DNA from: Acidobacteriota bacterium
GTDB lineage: Bacteria > Acidobacteriota > UBA890 > WLXD01
NCBI GenBank assembly: GCA_965248695.1
Contig: CBDFKD010000002.1
Location: forward strand, 5,600,001-5,664,000
Reading direction: 5' to 3'
Length of the DNA: 64,000 bases
Positions 49,080-58,935 of the stretch are shown here, in pieces. Made by a program: the position numbers and the translations under genes. The notes under the pieces are model-generated. The model ran no database searches. It was not told the DNA's origin and was given only the letters and a program-made list of their open reading frames with translations. Every line of letters begins with the position of its first letter. Position 1 is the first letter of the stretch.

Positions 49080-49805
49080 TCAACGCCTGTTCCAGATGTC
49101 GATGACCTCGGTATGCCCCACCAGCGTGGCGTTGTCACCGATGTACAACATTGCATCCTCGGCGCGCGCGGGATCCGTCGGCACGATGGCGTCTTTGATC
49201 GCCACCGTACGATAGCCGAGGCCGCGGGCAGTCTGCATCGTCGGCACGACACCAACCTCGGCGCCGACCCCGACGATGACGATGGTCGTGAGTCGATTCC
49301 ACCGCAGCAACTCGTCGAGGGCGGTGCCGATGAACGCGTCCGGTCGGTACTTCCTGAGCACCCAGTCATTGGCCACGGGCTCGATTTCCCCAGGATTCTC
49401 CCATCCCCAGGTGCCCTCGTTAGTTGAGATCGTGGACGGCGGCCCGGGGTCAATGGGCCTTTCCCCGGGTCTGCCATAGGTCGACCCGTCCGGGTAGGAG
49501 GTCCAGCGAACATACGCAACCCGCACGTTGTTTGCCCTCGCGGCAGCCAGCAGATCGACCATCGGGTCCATGATGCCGGTAACGTCGATGCGTCGCCCGC
49601 TTTCGTCGAACGATCCGCCCTCTGAGACGAAGGCGTTCAGCACTTCGTGAACGAGAAGAACGGTGTGCTCAGGATCGAGGAGCTGTCCGAGCTCATCGCC
49701 GGATTGCGCTTCGACGCCCCCTGGCATTCCCGCGGCCAGCGTGAGCCCGGCGACAACGATCACCGAAGCGGGGCTCGCCAGACGCGATTCAGGCCTGATT
49801 CTCAT
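49080..49805 (-). CDS. Secreted isochorismatase-fold protein lacking the catalytic Cys
   Basis: LLVHEVLNAF, GTWGWE, VLRKYRPDAF, GVGAEVGVVPT. Confidence 0.82.
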   Translation of the reverse strand: MRIRPESRLASPASVIVVAGLTLAAGMPGGVEAQSGDELGQLLDPEHTVLLVHEVLNAFVSEGGSFDESGRRIDVTGIMDPMVDLLAAARANNVRVAYVRWTSYPDGSTYGRPGERPIDPGPPSTISTNEGTWGWENPGEIEPVANDWVLRKYRPDAFIGTALDELLRWNRLTTIVIVGVGAEVGVVPTMQTARGLGYRTVAIKDAIVPTDPARAEDAMLYIGDNATLVGHTEVIDIWNRR

Positions 49806-50163
49806 CGTTCCTCTTCCTCCGTCCTAAGGTATCGAAAGCCATCGCCGCATCGTCGCGACGGGACCGACCGGCTGACCGGCGTGTGTCGCCGGAGCGACCC
49901 AACGCCCCCACAACTCCTGACGCGGAGCGCCCGCGAGAGGAACATCCTGTTTTCTTTCGGCTTTTACAAGGGGCGATCAGGATCGGCCCTGATGTCACTG
50001 TCCGGTCATCTCGGATTCAGCCAGTACTCGTGATCCCTGAAGCCCTGGTTGACACGATCGTCACGACTCGTGATCGTTCGTCCGGCAAAGGCAAGCCTCG
50101 AACGAACAATCCAGCCACACGAAGACGACACGACCACATCGTGCTGCGTCGTGGGAGGGATCC

Positions 50164-51711
50164 ATGTGGACATCAGCGATCCGACTCAAATTAGCTGCGC
50201 AGGGCGCGCTCGCGAGGACGGCGATCCTCATGGTCTTCGCAGTATCAGCTGCGGCGTGTGCGGGACCGCCCGACTCTCCGACAGACGCGCGGGCGACGGC
50301 GGCGGACGACCTGAACGAATCGTTGCTGCGATGGCCGCTGCCGCCTGGCGCTGAGGCGTACGCCGACATCGACGGCCGGCGCCTGCATCAGTACGTCGTG
50401 CAGCAGGCGGAGATATCGTGGCGGTACAGGGACGGGGGGCATCCGCAATTCTGGGGACGGATTACCGGTACGTCTGCCGATGCGGAGAGCGCCGAGTGGC
50501 TAGCCGCCGAGTTCCGGGACCTCGGCCTCGCGGACGTGCGTATCCAGCGGCTCGATCTGGAGCCGCAGTGGATGGCGCAGTCGTGGGATGTGTCGGTTAC
50601 GGCCGGTGGCAAGACCTTGCCGCTCGAATCCGCCCAGCCGGCCTACCGTACGTCGGCGACGCCTCCAGCCGGCCTTCAACTCGACGCCGCCTATGTGGGG
50701 CTCGGCAGTGAGGCTGACTTCGTCGGGCGCGATGTCGACGGCAAGGCGACGTTCGCCTTCGGCATGCTGGGGATCCGGTCGGAAGGCGCGCTGGCACGAG
50801 CCGATGCCAACGGCGCCGCAGCCATCTTCGATGTGCGGATGTTGCCCGGGAACATGCGCTACCAGGCCTATCCGGCGCGGACCAACGTCCCTACCTTTAC
50901 CCTCGGAAGCGAGGATGGCTACGCGGTCCGCAACCTGATCGCCGCCGGCGAAGCGCCGCGCCTGAGCGTCACGCTCGATGTAGAGATGGTGCCGGATATG
51001 GAGACGGCGCTCGTCTGGGGAACGCTGCCGGGCACCTCCGACGAGACGATCTACGTCATGGCGCACCGCGATGGCTGGTTCGATGCGGCCGGTGACAACG
51101 CCTCCGGTGTCGCCTCGATGATCGGGCTGGCGGGGTACTACGCACAGGTCCCTCAGTCGGAGCGACGTCGCACAATGGTCTTTATCGGCTTGGATGGGCA
51201 CCACAATCTGGGCGGCGGGGGGACCGGAGCCGCCGGGGGATTCTGGTTGATGGACCACCGCGAGGAGCTCTTTGCCAAGACCGCCCTGGTGATCAACTGC
51301 GAGCATCCGTCGACGGTGCAGACCACGGTGAGGCCACGGTACCTGGGCCGGGACGAGATCGTCTGGTCGAATGCCTACATGCCCCAGCAGTGGTACGTCG
51401 GCGGCCCGTCGAGACCGGAGCTCGGAGCAATCGCCATCAAAGCCTTCCGAGAGTTCGGGGTCAGCACGTATCTCGAGCCGAACGCCGAGCCGCCAGCCGG
51501 TGATCTCGGTTGGCGAGGCGGACCGGAGTTATGGCGCTTCGTGCCGGGCATCGCGACGAGCGAATTCTACCACTACTTCCACACCGACCAGGAGACGCCG
51601 GAAACCGTTTTGTGGACTGGTCTCGAGGCGTCGACGCGTGCCTACGCACGCATCATTGATGAGGTGAACCGGCTTGCGCTGAGCGACCTGCGGCGACCGG
51701 AAGAGCCATAG
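50164..51711 (+). CDS. M28-like peptidase lipoprotein (GHH variant)
   Basis: Lipobox AAAC; MAHRDGWFDAAGDNASG; LDGHH; NCEH; YFHT. Confidence 0.82.
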   Translation: MWTSAIRLKLAAQGALARTAILMVFAVSAAACAGPPDSPTDARATAADDLNESLLRWPLPPGAEAYADIDGRRLHQYVVQQAEISWRYRDGGHPQFWGRITGTSADAESAEWLAAEFRDLGLADVRIQRLDLEPQWMAQSWDVSVTAGGKTLPLESAQPAYRTSATPPAGLQLDAAYVGLGSEADFVGRDVDGKATFAFGMLGIRSEGALARADANGAAAIFDVRMLPGNMRYQAYPARTNVPTFTLGSEDGYAVRNLIAAGEAPRLSVTLDVEMVPDMETALVWGTLPGTSDETIYVMAHRDGWFDAAGDNASGVASMIGLAGYYAQVPQSERRRTMVFIGLDGHHNLGGGGTGAAGGFWLMDHREELFAKTALVINCEHPSTVQTTVRPRYLGRDEIVWSNAYMPQQWYVGGPSRPELGAIAIKAFREFGVSTYLEPNAEPPAGDLGWRGGPELWRFVPGIATSEFYHYFHTDQETPETVLWTGLEASTRAYARIIDEVNRLALSDLRRPEEP

Positions 51712-51715
51712 GTGG

Positions 51716-51741
51716 GGTTGACTCTCGCTACGAAGTCAACC
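51716..51741. terminator. Inverted repeat after the M28 gene (terminator or operator)
   Basis: GGTTGACT-N10-AGTCAACC. Confidence 0.4.
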
Positions 51742-51839
51742 TTAACTGCGCTCCTCTACTTTGGGGCCCGCGCCTGGTGTCTTCAGCTCCTCCGGCAGGA
51801 CCCCGTACCGACACCAGCGCACGCAGTGGAGTACGCGCC

Positions 51840-52562
51840 GTGGAACGTAATCAGGCATTCCGGTTGCTCATGACAGGATCGGTCGGCGTCATGCTCGTCG
51901 GTCTCCTCTGGACACCGGGCGGAACGCTTTCGGCACAGGACCGGCCGCCAGCGCTGTCGGAGGTTGTCGCCCCGGAGCACACCGTCCTCCTCGTGCACGA
52001 GGTGCTCAACGCGTTCGTTTCCGACGGGGGGATGTTCGCCGAGCAGGGCCAACAGATCGACATCACCGGCATCATGGATCCGATGGTGAAGCTGATCGCC
52101 GCCGCCAGGGACAACGGTGTTCGAGTCGCCTACGTTCGGTGGAACACCTATCCGGACTACTCCAATTATCGGCGGCCCTCGGAACGTCCCGACCCTGATG
52201 CGCCGGTGGCAACGAACGAGATGCACGAGGGGACCTGGGGATGGGAGAACCCGCCGGAGATTGCCCCCGGCCCCTTCGATTGGATCCTGCGGAAATACCG
52301 CTCGGACGCTTTCGTCGCTACCGCACTCGACGAGCTGCTGCGATGGAACGGGATCACCACGATCGTGATCGTCGGGGTCGGCGCCGAGGTCGGGGTCGTG
52401 CCGACCCTGTCGACGGCCGAGGTCCTCGGGTACGCCACCGTAGCCGTCGAGGATGCCATCCGACCTACAGAAGAGCATCGGCTTGCGGATGCGATGCTCT
52501 ATATCAACGACCATGCCCGGGTGGTAAACCACACCGACCTCATCGAAGCCTGGAACCGGTGA
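51840..52562 (+). CDS. Secreted isochorismatase-fold protein lacking the catalytic Cys (paralog of 49080..49805)
   Basis: PEHTVLLVHEVLNAF, ILRKYRSDAF, GVGAEVGVVPT. Start (GTG 51840 or ATG 51870) uncertain. Confidence 0.82.
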   Translation: MERNQAFRLLMTGSVGVMLVGLLWTPGGTLSAQDRPPALSEVVAPEHTVLLVHEVLNAFVSDGGMFAEQGQQIDITGIMDPMVKLIAAARDNGVRVAYVRWNTYPDYSNYRRPSERPDPDAPVATNEMHEGTWGWENPPEIAPGPFDWILRKYRSDAFVATALDELLRWNGITTIVIVGVGAEVGVVPTLSTAEVLGYATVAVEDAIRPTEEHRLADAMLYINDHARVVNHTDLIEAWNR

Positions 52563-54808
52563 GCCGGGCCGGTCGACGCTCGGTGCGGTCTCGTCGGGTG
52601 CTGTGGACGCTGGCGGTTCCGCTCCTCTGGGCGACGACCGCGCTCCAAGAACCCGATCTTGACAGCGGGCTCGTCGCCGCGGCGGCGGCGGGCAACCTGG
52701 CAGGCGTGCAAGCCCTGATGGAACAGGGTGCGGACGTCAACGCCGACAACGGCTTCGGAGTCACCGCGCTGTACAGCGCCGCGGACTGGGGCCGGGTCGA
52801 GCTGGTGCGCTTGCTGCTCGAGAACGGTGCCGATCCCGACTCGAACCCGATATCGCGTGGCCGGTCGCCGTGGGGGAAGACCCCGCTGCAGCTGGCGGCG
52901 AACTCCAACACCGACGTGGCTGCGCCCGAGGCGCGAGCAGAGATCATCCGGCTGCTCATCGAGCACGGCGGCGGGACCGAGGGCGAGGCTCTCCGCGAGC
53001 TCATCCGGATGGGCTACTTCGACGCGGCACGGACGATCGTCGGGCGGGGTGAGACGAAGCCTTCGTATCTCAATGCGGCGCTCGGCGCGGCCAGAAGTGG
53101 TGACCACACGGAGCTGATCGCCCTTCTGGTGCAGGCAGGTGCCCAGGAGCCGGGCGAGACAGATCGGTTCAACGCTCCGGAGCGGTTGGAGCAAGTCGCC
53201 GGGACCTATCGAGCGGCAGGAGGAGAAACTGCAACGCTCCGGACGGGGCTGGAGGATGGCGAGCTCATCCTCGAGCGATCCGATCGCGATGCTCTGACGC
53301 TCGTACCGGCGAACCTGACCATCCTGCGCTCGCTCGACCGAACGACGGCCGCCGAGCTACGCGGACGCGCCCTACCGCCATCCGAGCTGGTGGTTTTCGA
53401 GGGAAATCTGTCTCACGCGTATGCCTGGACCGGCCCGGTGGCCGCCCGACCGCCGCGAGCTCCCGTCCGCAGCGACACCACCGCTGTGTCCTCCGAGCCC
53501 ACATCGACGACCCACACTGGCAACTGGCCCTCATTTCGCGGCACCGCGGGCTCAGGGGTGGCAGACGGGGCCGACCCGCCAGTGCAGTGGGATGCGGAGA
53601 AGGGCGTCAACGTCGTCTGGAAAACGCCGATTCCGGGGCTCGGCCATTCCAGCCCCATCGTCTGGGGCAATCGGGTATTCGTCACGACGGCCGTCCCGGA
53701 ATCGGGCGCGGCCGCGACCTTCAAGGACTTCTCGGAGGCGGCGCGCTCAGGCGTGCTGGCGTACGTCAAGGAGGACGTGCCGTTTTCCTGGCGCGTCGTA
53801 GCGCTCGACAAGGCCAGCGGGGAGGTTGTCTGGGAGCGGGTGGCGCGCCAAGGATTGCCACGCACGGCGCGCCACGTCATGGCGTCGCACGCCAACCAGA
53901 CGCCGGTCACGGATGGCCGGCACGTGGTGGCGTGGTTCGGTTCCGAAGGAGTCTACTGCTACGGCGTCGCCGGCAAGCTGCTGTGGTCAAAGGACCTCGG
54001 TCCGGTCCCGTCGGGTCGCTACTTCGATCCGGGATACGAGTGGAACACCGCCAGCTCACCCATCATCTACAGGAATCTGGTGATCCTTCAGGTGGACGGG
54101 ATCAATGAGGCGTACCTGTTGGCGCTCGACATCACGACCGGCGAGGAGGTCTGGCGTGTGGAACGCGATGAGCACCCGTCGTGGCCGACTCCGCTGATCT
54201 ACGAAGACGCGACGGGCACGCAGCTGGTTACCGCTGCCATCCGCTACGCGCGCGGTTACGACCCCGAGACCGGCGAGGAGCTGTGGCGGCTCGGTCTCCA
54301 CGGCGACTTCCCGACACCCACACCGATTGCCGGCCGCGGGCTGATCTTCATCACCAGCGCATACGGGACGGTGGAGCCGATCTACGCCATCCGTCCCGGC
54401 GCCCGCGGCGACATTACGTTGGCTGACCACGAAGCCTCCAACGAATCGGTCGCCTGGAGCAAGCGGCGCGGGGGCTCCGGCATCCCGACGCCGATCGTGT
54501 ATGGCGACCTGCTGTACATCCCCCGCGGCGGTGGGATCCTTGCCGCCTACCAGGCCCAGACCGGAGAGCGAATCTATCAATCGCGGATCACTCGCGGCGG
54601 CAACTACTCCGCGTCCCCGGTCGCGGCCGACGGCAAGATCTACTTCTCCAGCGAGGACGGCGAGGTGATCGTCGTCAAGGCCGGCCCGGAATTCGAACGG
54701 CTGGCGGTCAATCCGATGGGCGAGCCGCTCATGGCAACCCCGGCGATCTCCCACGGGATGATGATCTTCCGCACGCAGGAGCACGTCGTCGCGATCGCTA
54801 CGCCTTGA
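52559..54808 (+). CDS. Ankyrin repeat + PQQ-like (BamB-like) beta-propeller fusion, secreted
   Basis: GTG overlaps the upstream TGA; GADVNA..GVTALYSAA ankyrins; NWPSFRG, GHSSPIVWG, YSASPVAADGKIYF. Confidence 0.85.
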   Translation: MSRAGRRSVRSRRVLWTLAVPLLWATTALQEPDLDSGLVAAAAAGNLAGVQALMEQGADVNADNGFGVTALYSAADWGRVELVRLLLENGADPDSNPISRGRSPWGKTPLQLAANSNTDVAAPEARAEIIRLLIEHGGGTEGEALRELIRMGYFDAARTIVGRGETKPSYLNAALGAARSGDHTELIALLVQAGAQEPGETDRFNAPERLEQVAGTYRAAGGETATLRTGLEDGELILERSDRDALTLVPANLTILRSLDRTTAAELRGRALPPSELVVFEGNLSHAYAWTGPVAARPPRAPVRSDTTAVSSEPTSTTHTGNWPSFRGTAGSGVADGADPPVQWDAEKGVNVVWKTPIPGLGHSSPIVWGNRVFVTTAVPESGAAATFKDFSEAARSGVLAYVKEDVPFSWRVVALDKASGEVVWERVARQGLPRTARHVMASHANQTPVTDGRHVVAWFGSEGVYCYGVAGKLLWSKDLGPVPSGRYFDPGYEWNTASSPIIYRNLVILQVDGINEAYLLALDITTGEEVWRVERDEHPSWPTPLIYEDATGTQLVTAAIRYARGYDPETGEELWRLGLHGDFPTPTPIAGRGLIFITSAYGTVEPIYAIRPGARGDITLADHEASNESVAWSKRRGGSGIPTPIVYGDLLYIPRGGGILAAYQAQTGERIYQSRITRGGNYSASPVAADGKIYFSSEDGEVIVVKAGPEFERLAVNPMGEPLMATPAISHGMMIFRTQEHVVAIATP

Positions 54809-54900
54809 TCGACTCCAAGACAGTGCCGCTAATGGGACGCCGAGCTCGGCAACCGCCGCGATGGTGTTGTGGCCACGGTGACCCGGGTCGCAACCTGCGC

Positions 54901-57795
54901 CTACTCGATCACCCGCATCACACCCTGCATCGTCTGCCAGTGATTCGGGAACGTGCAGAGGTAGTCGTAGTCGCCAGTGGCGGCCGGGGCGGTGAAGTCG
55001 ATCACCTGGTACTCGCGATGGTTCAGCAGCTCTGACGCCACGAGGATCTTCTCGTCGTCGGGGCGAAACCCGACAGCGAAACCGACAGCGCCGAGCGCCT
55101 CGGCGGCCAGGGCGATGTCCTCGGCCGAGCCCGGCTCCCCGATGATCAGGTTGTGCGGCATGTAGTCGGGGTTCTCGAACCAGATCTTGACGTTCTGCCC
55201 CGGCTTGACGGTGAACTCGGTGGTGTCGAAGCGCATCTCGTCCACCAGGGTTCGGATGACGATGGCGGCGGGATCCGGGGTCACGTCGTCGATGTCCGGG
55301 TCGTCGGCCAGCCTGGAGGTGAAATCGATCGGTTCGGAGGCGTTGTGATCCCAGAACTGCTGCACCGTCTGGGCGGCGATGCGAGCGTGCGGCTCGGGCG
55401 AGTTGAGTACCAGCGCGAGCAGGTCGCGATTGACAACGTTGTGCTGCTGGTGGACCCAGAGCGCTTCGAGAAGATGGTGCGCATCGCGTGCGTCGCGCGC
55501 ATCGAACTGCTGTAGCCACTCCTCGGTGGCTGCAACCACCTCGGCGCTGTCACGCTCCGAGAGCTCGACGCGCGCCCGCCGGCGGATGCCGTTGATCGGG
55601 TGTTGGAGCGCTTCGAGCAGCTCGGCGTTCGGCCGGCCGTCGATCGCGACATGTGGTGACAGCGGTCGCCCCGGCACCGTGATCCGGTGGATGCGTCCGT
55701 GGGCGTGGTCGCGCGCCGGATCGCGGATGTTGTGCTGCATGTGGCCAACGATGGCGTTGGCCCAGTCGGCGACGTACACAGCGCCGTCGCCGGCGATGTC
55801 GAAGTCGGTGGGCCGGAAGTTGGGGTCGGCAGAGACCAGGAAGTCGTCGGTTTCGGTGCCCCAGGCGTCGCCGTTGTCGGTGTCGAAGTCCAGCGCGTAC
55901 TGCTTGATGCCCAGGAACGCGATGGCGTTGAGGATCAGGAAGTTGCCCTGGCTCGAATCGGGGAAATGCGCACTGGAGAGAATGCCGCTGCTGGGAACCG
56001 GTCGTACCGTGTGTTGCAGTAGCTTGCGCATGCTGAACGAGCCGTCGCCGTTCGGCTTCACCTGATACGCCGAGCCGCCGGTGGCGTCGGTGGCGTAGTG
56101 ATGACCCCAGTAGTCGAAGCTGATGCCGTGGGCGTTGGGGACGTTCTCGGCGTGGAAGCTGAACTCGTAGGTGCGCGGGTTGAACCGGTACATGCCGGAG
56201 AAGTTCGACTCTTGGTTCGTCCGCCAGGGCGTTTCGACGTTGGACACATTGAAAATGCCGCGCTGATAGTAGATGAAGCCGTCGGGCCCGTAGACAAAGT
56301 TGTTGGCCGAGTGGTGCGTGTCCGCCGATCCGAGCGCGCCGAGCACACGGACGCGGACGTCGGCCACGTCGTCTCCATCGGTGTCTTTGAGAAACAGGAT
56401 GTCCGGCACCGAGGCCACGATCACGCCGCCGTCCCAGAACTCGAACCCGGTGGGGTTGTGCACATAGGCGAACGTGATTGCCTCGTCGGCAACCCCGTCA
56501 CGATCCTCATCGGGGAGGATCAGCAACCGGTCGGCCATGTCCTTGGTGGGTTCCCACTTCGGATAGGTGGCCCACGTCGCCGCCCACAGCCGCCCTCGAG
56601 TGTCGACGCCAAGCTGCACCGGGTTGACGAGCTCGGGAAACATCTCCTCGGAGGCGAACAGGTTGGCGTGCATGCCCTCCTGCAGCGTCATCCGGTCGAT
56701 GCTTTCCTCGGCGGTGAGGAAATCGAGAGTACCGGTAATGCTGACCCCATCCTGGTATTGGGGCTCCGCCAGGTTGGTCTTCACCTCGAAGGGCTCGGGT
56801 ACGTTGGAGTCGTCCGGCGTCCGCAGCTCGCCGTTGGCCGCGGCCCAGATCACCGCGTCGCGGTTGGCGGTCATCACATCGAGCTGCGAGAGCTCGTGTT
56901 GCAGCACGTCGAAGTTCGTCTGGCCGTCGGTAAAGGCAAGCGAGGAGCGCGTTCCCCAGACGTCGTTGCCGTCGGTGGTGCGGTAGCGGTTGAACCAGTG
57001 CCAGTTCTTTTCTAGGACCGCGGTGCGTACCGCCTCGAGCCTCGGGGCGGCGACAGCCGGCGGCGCACCCAGCAACGACTCGACAATTACCGCGGCGATC
57101 TCACGGTTGCCGTCATCGTTGAGGTGGATTCCGTTGATCGTCAACGGCGCGGCGGCGGCGCGATAGAGCTCCTGCGAGGGGCCGAACAGGTCGACGTATC
57201 GGACGCCCTTGGTTCGCGCCACCTCCCGCATGGCCTCCGTGTAGGCGGCTAGCCGGGCGTTGTTGTCGCGGCCATCAGGCAGATTCGGGTCGTACAGATC
57301 CTCGTGTGCGATGGGCGACAACAGCACGATGCGAGGGGGCCCGCGGCCGGAATAGTTCTGCGCTCGCGTGTGATCGATCCACTCGGTCAAGGCGGCAGCG
57401 AACTGCGCCGGCCGTCCATCGAACGATTCGTTGTAGCCGAACATTGCCACGATGACGTCGGCTTGCGAGAACGCCAGGTACTCGTCGGCGCTCGGAAACC
57501 CCGGCCCGGTGGGGGCCCGGGGCGGCAACGATCCCTTGACGCGCGGGCGATGATCGATGCGGTCGCCGGCGAAGCCATGATTGCGAATGACGAGCTGCAG
57601 CGCTGGGAGCTCCGATTGCAGATAGGCCTCGAGCCACCCGTCGTGCTGCATCCGATCTGCGAGCGCGTTGCCGACGAGCACGACGTGATCGCCCTGCCGA
57701 AACGGGATCTCGGCAGTGCCGCACGCGATCGCCGTCAGCAGCAAGCCGCCGAGCACCGCCGCGACAACCACAGCGCCGTTGGAGCGGTCGGACAT
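54901..57795 (-). CDS. Lipoprotein fusion: SGNH/GDSL-like + PVC-type glucose/sorbosone dehydrogenase-like propeller + azurin/auracyanin cupredoxin
   Basis: Lipobox AIAC; FGYNE..NGIHLN; FASEEMFPELVNP, DTDGDDVAD, NFRPTD..GAVYVADW, RDHAHGRIHR; MPHN..CTFPNHWQTMQG type-1 Cu ligands. Confidence 0.85.
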   Translation of the reverse strand: MSDRSNGAVVVAAVLGGLLLTAIACGTAEIPFRQGDHVVLVGNALADRMQHDGWLEAYLQSELPALQLVIRNHGFAGDRIDHRPRVKGSLPPRAPTGPGFPSADEYLAFSQADVIVAMFGYNESFDGRPAQFAAALTEWIDHTRAQNYSGRGPPRIVLLSPIAHEDLYDPNLPDGRDNNARLAAYTEAMREVARTKGVRYVDLFGPSQELYRAAAAPLTINGIHLNDDGNREIAAVIVESLLGAPPAVAAPRLEAVRTAVLEKNWHWFNRYRTTDGNDVWGTRSSLAFTDGQTNFDVLQHELSQLDVMTANRDAVIWAAANGELRTPDDSNVPEPFEVKTNLAEPQYQDGVSITGTLDFLTAEESIDRMTLQEGMHANLFASEEMFPELVNPVQLGVDTRGRLWAATWATYPKWEPTKDMADRLLILPDEDRDGVADEAITFAYVHNPTGFEFWDGGVIVASVPDILFLKDTDGDDVADVRVRVLGALGSADTHHSANNFVYGPDGFIYYQRGIFNVSNVETPWRTNQESNFSGMYRFNPRTYEFSFHAENVPNAHGISFDYWGHHYATDATGGSAYQVKPNGDGSFSMRKLLQHTVRPVPSSGILSSAHFPDSSQGNFLILNAIAFLGIKQYALDFDTDNGDAWGTETDDFLVSADPNFRPTDFDIAGDGAVYVADWANAIVGHMQHNIRDPARDHAHGRIHRITVPGRPLSPHVAIDGRPNAELLEALQHPINGIRRRARVELSERDSAEVVAATEEWLQQFDARDARDAHHLLEALWVHQQHNVVNRDLLALVLNSPEPHARIAAQTVQQFWDHNASEPIDFTSRLADDPDIDDVTPDPAAIVIRTLVDEMRFDTTEFTVKPGQNVKIWFENPDYMPHNLIIGEPGSAEDIALAAEALGAVGFAVGFRPDDEKILVASELLNHREYQVIDFTAPAATGDYDYLCTFPNHWQTMQGVMRVIE

Positions 57796-57799
57796 CGGC

Positions 57800-58879
57800 T
57801 CAGTCCTGCGTCGACTTGTCCGTTGACATGATCGGCGTGTCCCAACCGGCAAGATCGGCTGGGCGCACACCGCGACGATAGCCATCGAAGGCGAAGGCGA
57901 CGGGATTGTAGGGCCCCACCAGCGCGATGTCGCTGTCCGGCTGGATCGATCCTTCCAGGCCGACGGCCCACAGCGCCGCGTTGATCATCAGGCGGCGGAA
58001 TCCCTCGTTGAGAAAGTCCTCCGAGGCGCCGTGGGTGGTGGTGAAGACACGGGCTTGGCGGCCGTCTCCGGCCTCGTAGGTGCGCGTCCAGGCGACCGGC
58101 AACACCGCCTTGTCAGGTGCCGGGGGCGAGTCGGCACTCATTCCATCGAGGACTTGACCGGTGGCGAGAACGACGGAATCGGGCATCGGGTCGGCATAGT
58201 AGCCACCGGAGACAGCGTGCACGTCGCGTACGCCGCGAAGAACCGGGTGTGTCTCCTGGTTCTGTCCCTCTCGGTCCGCCAGCAGCAGCCTCGAGCTCTG
58301 TTCGTGGTTCTCGCCGTGATGCGTTACCCAGGTCTCGCCGAGAACCTGGCGGCCGAAGCCGCCGCTGTACTCCGCCCCAGCGTAGTCCCAGGTGTACTTG
58401 CCGAACGGTCCGCCCTCGATCTCGAAGGCATGCGTCGCGGTGCGAATGCCGACAATCGGACCGCCGCGGTCGAGGTAGTCGACGATGTGCTGCATCTCGG
58501 CATTCGGAAAGTCCTGGAATCGCAGGCCGACGATCAGCAGATCGGCGCTCGTCAGCGCTTCGAGGCCGGCGATATCGGAGCTGCCGGGCTCGATGAAACC
58601 GTCGCCGTCGAGGGTGAAGAACACGCTGCATTTGAAGCCGAATCTGCTGGCCAGAATGCGCCCCATCGCCGGCAGTATCTCCTCGGATCGATACTCGTGG
58701 TCCCCGGCGATCAGGACGATGTGCCGACCGGCGCCGGGTCCATCCGCGCGCGGGCCCGCACTACCGTCGTAAACGACGCGATAGGGGTTGTCTGGCAAGA
58801 CCGTATCGTCCTGCGGCACCGAGGCGACGCAGCTCGCCAGGACGGCCGGGAGCAGCATGGACGAAGATGCGATTCTCAT
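57800..58879 (-). CDS. ThuA-like domain lipoprotein
   Basis: Lipobox LASC; AGDHEYRSEE, GIRTATHAF, VAWTR, FTTTHG; RBS GGAGG. Confidence 0.85.
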   Translation of the reverse strand: MRIASSSMLLPAVLASCVASVPQDDTVLPDNPYRVVYDGSAGPRADGPGAGRHIVLIAGDHEYRSEEILPAMGRILASRFGFKCSVFFTLDGDGFIEPGSSDIAGLEALTSADLLIVGLRFQDFPNAEMQHIVDYLDRGGPIVGIRTATHAFEIEGGPFGKYTWDYAGAEYSGGFGRQVLGETWVTHHGENHEQSSRLLLADREGQNQETHPVLRGVRDVHAVSGGYYADPMPDSVVLATGQVLDGMSADSPPAPDKAVLPVAWTRTYEAGDGRQARVFTTTHGASEDFLNEGFRRLMINAALWAVGLEGSIQPDSDIALVGPYNPVAFAFDGYRRGVRPADLAGWDTPIMSTDKSTQD

Positions 58880-58935
58880 CGGCGACCTCCAACCTCGAAC
58901 AACACCGGGGATCGTTCCAGAGTACGGTGTCTGTA

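Noticed and set aside
52241-52558. N-terminal extension of the ankyrin-propeller ORF
   Set aside because: Overlaps the isochorismatase-like gene; the coupled GTG at 52559 yields a plausible signal peptide.
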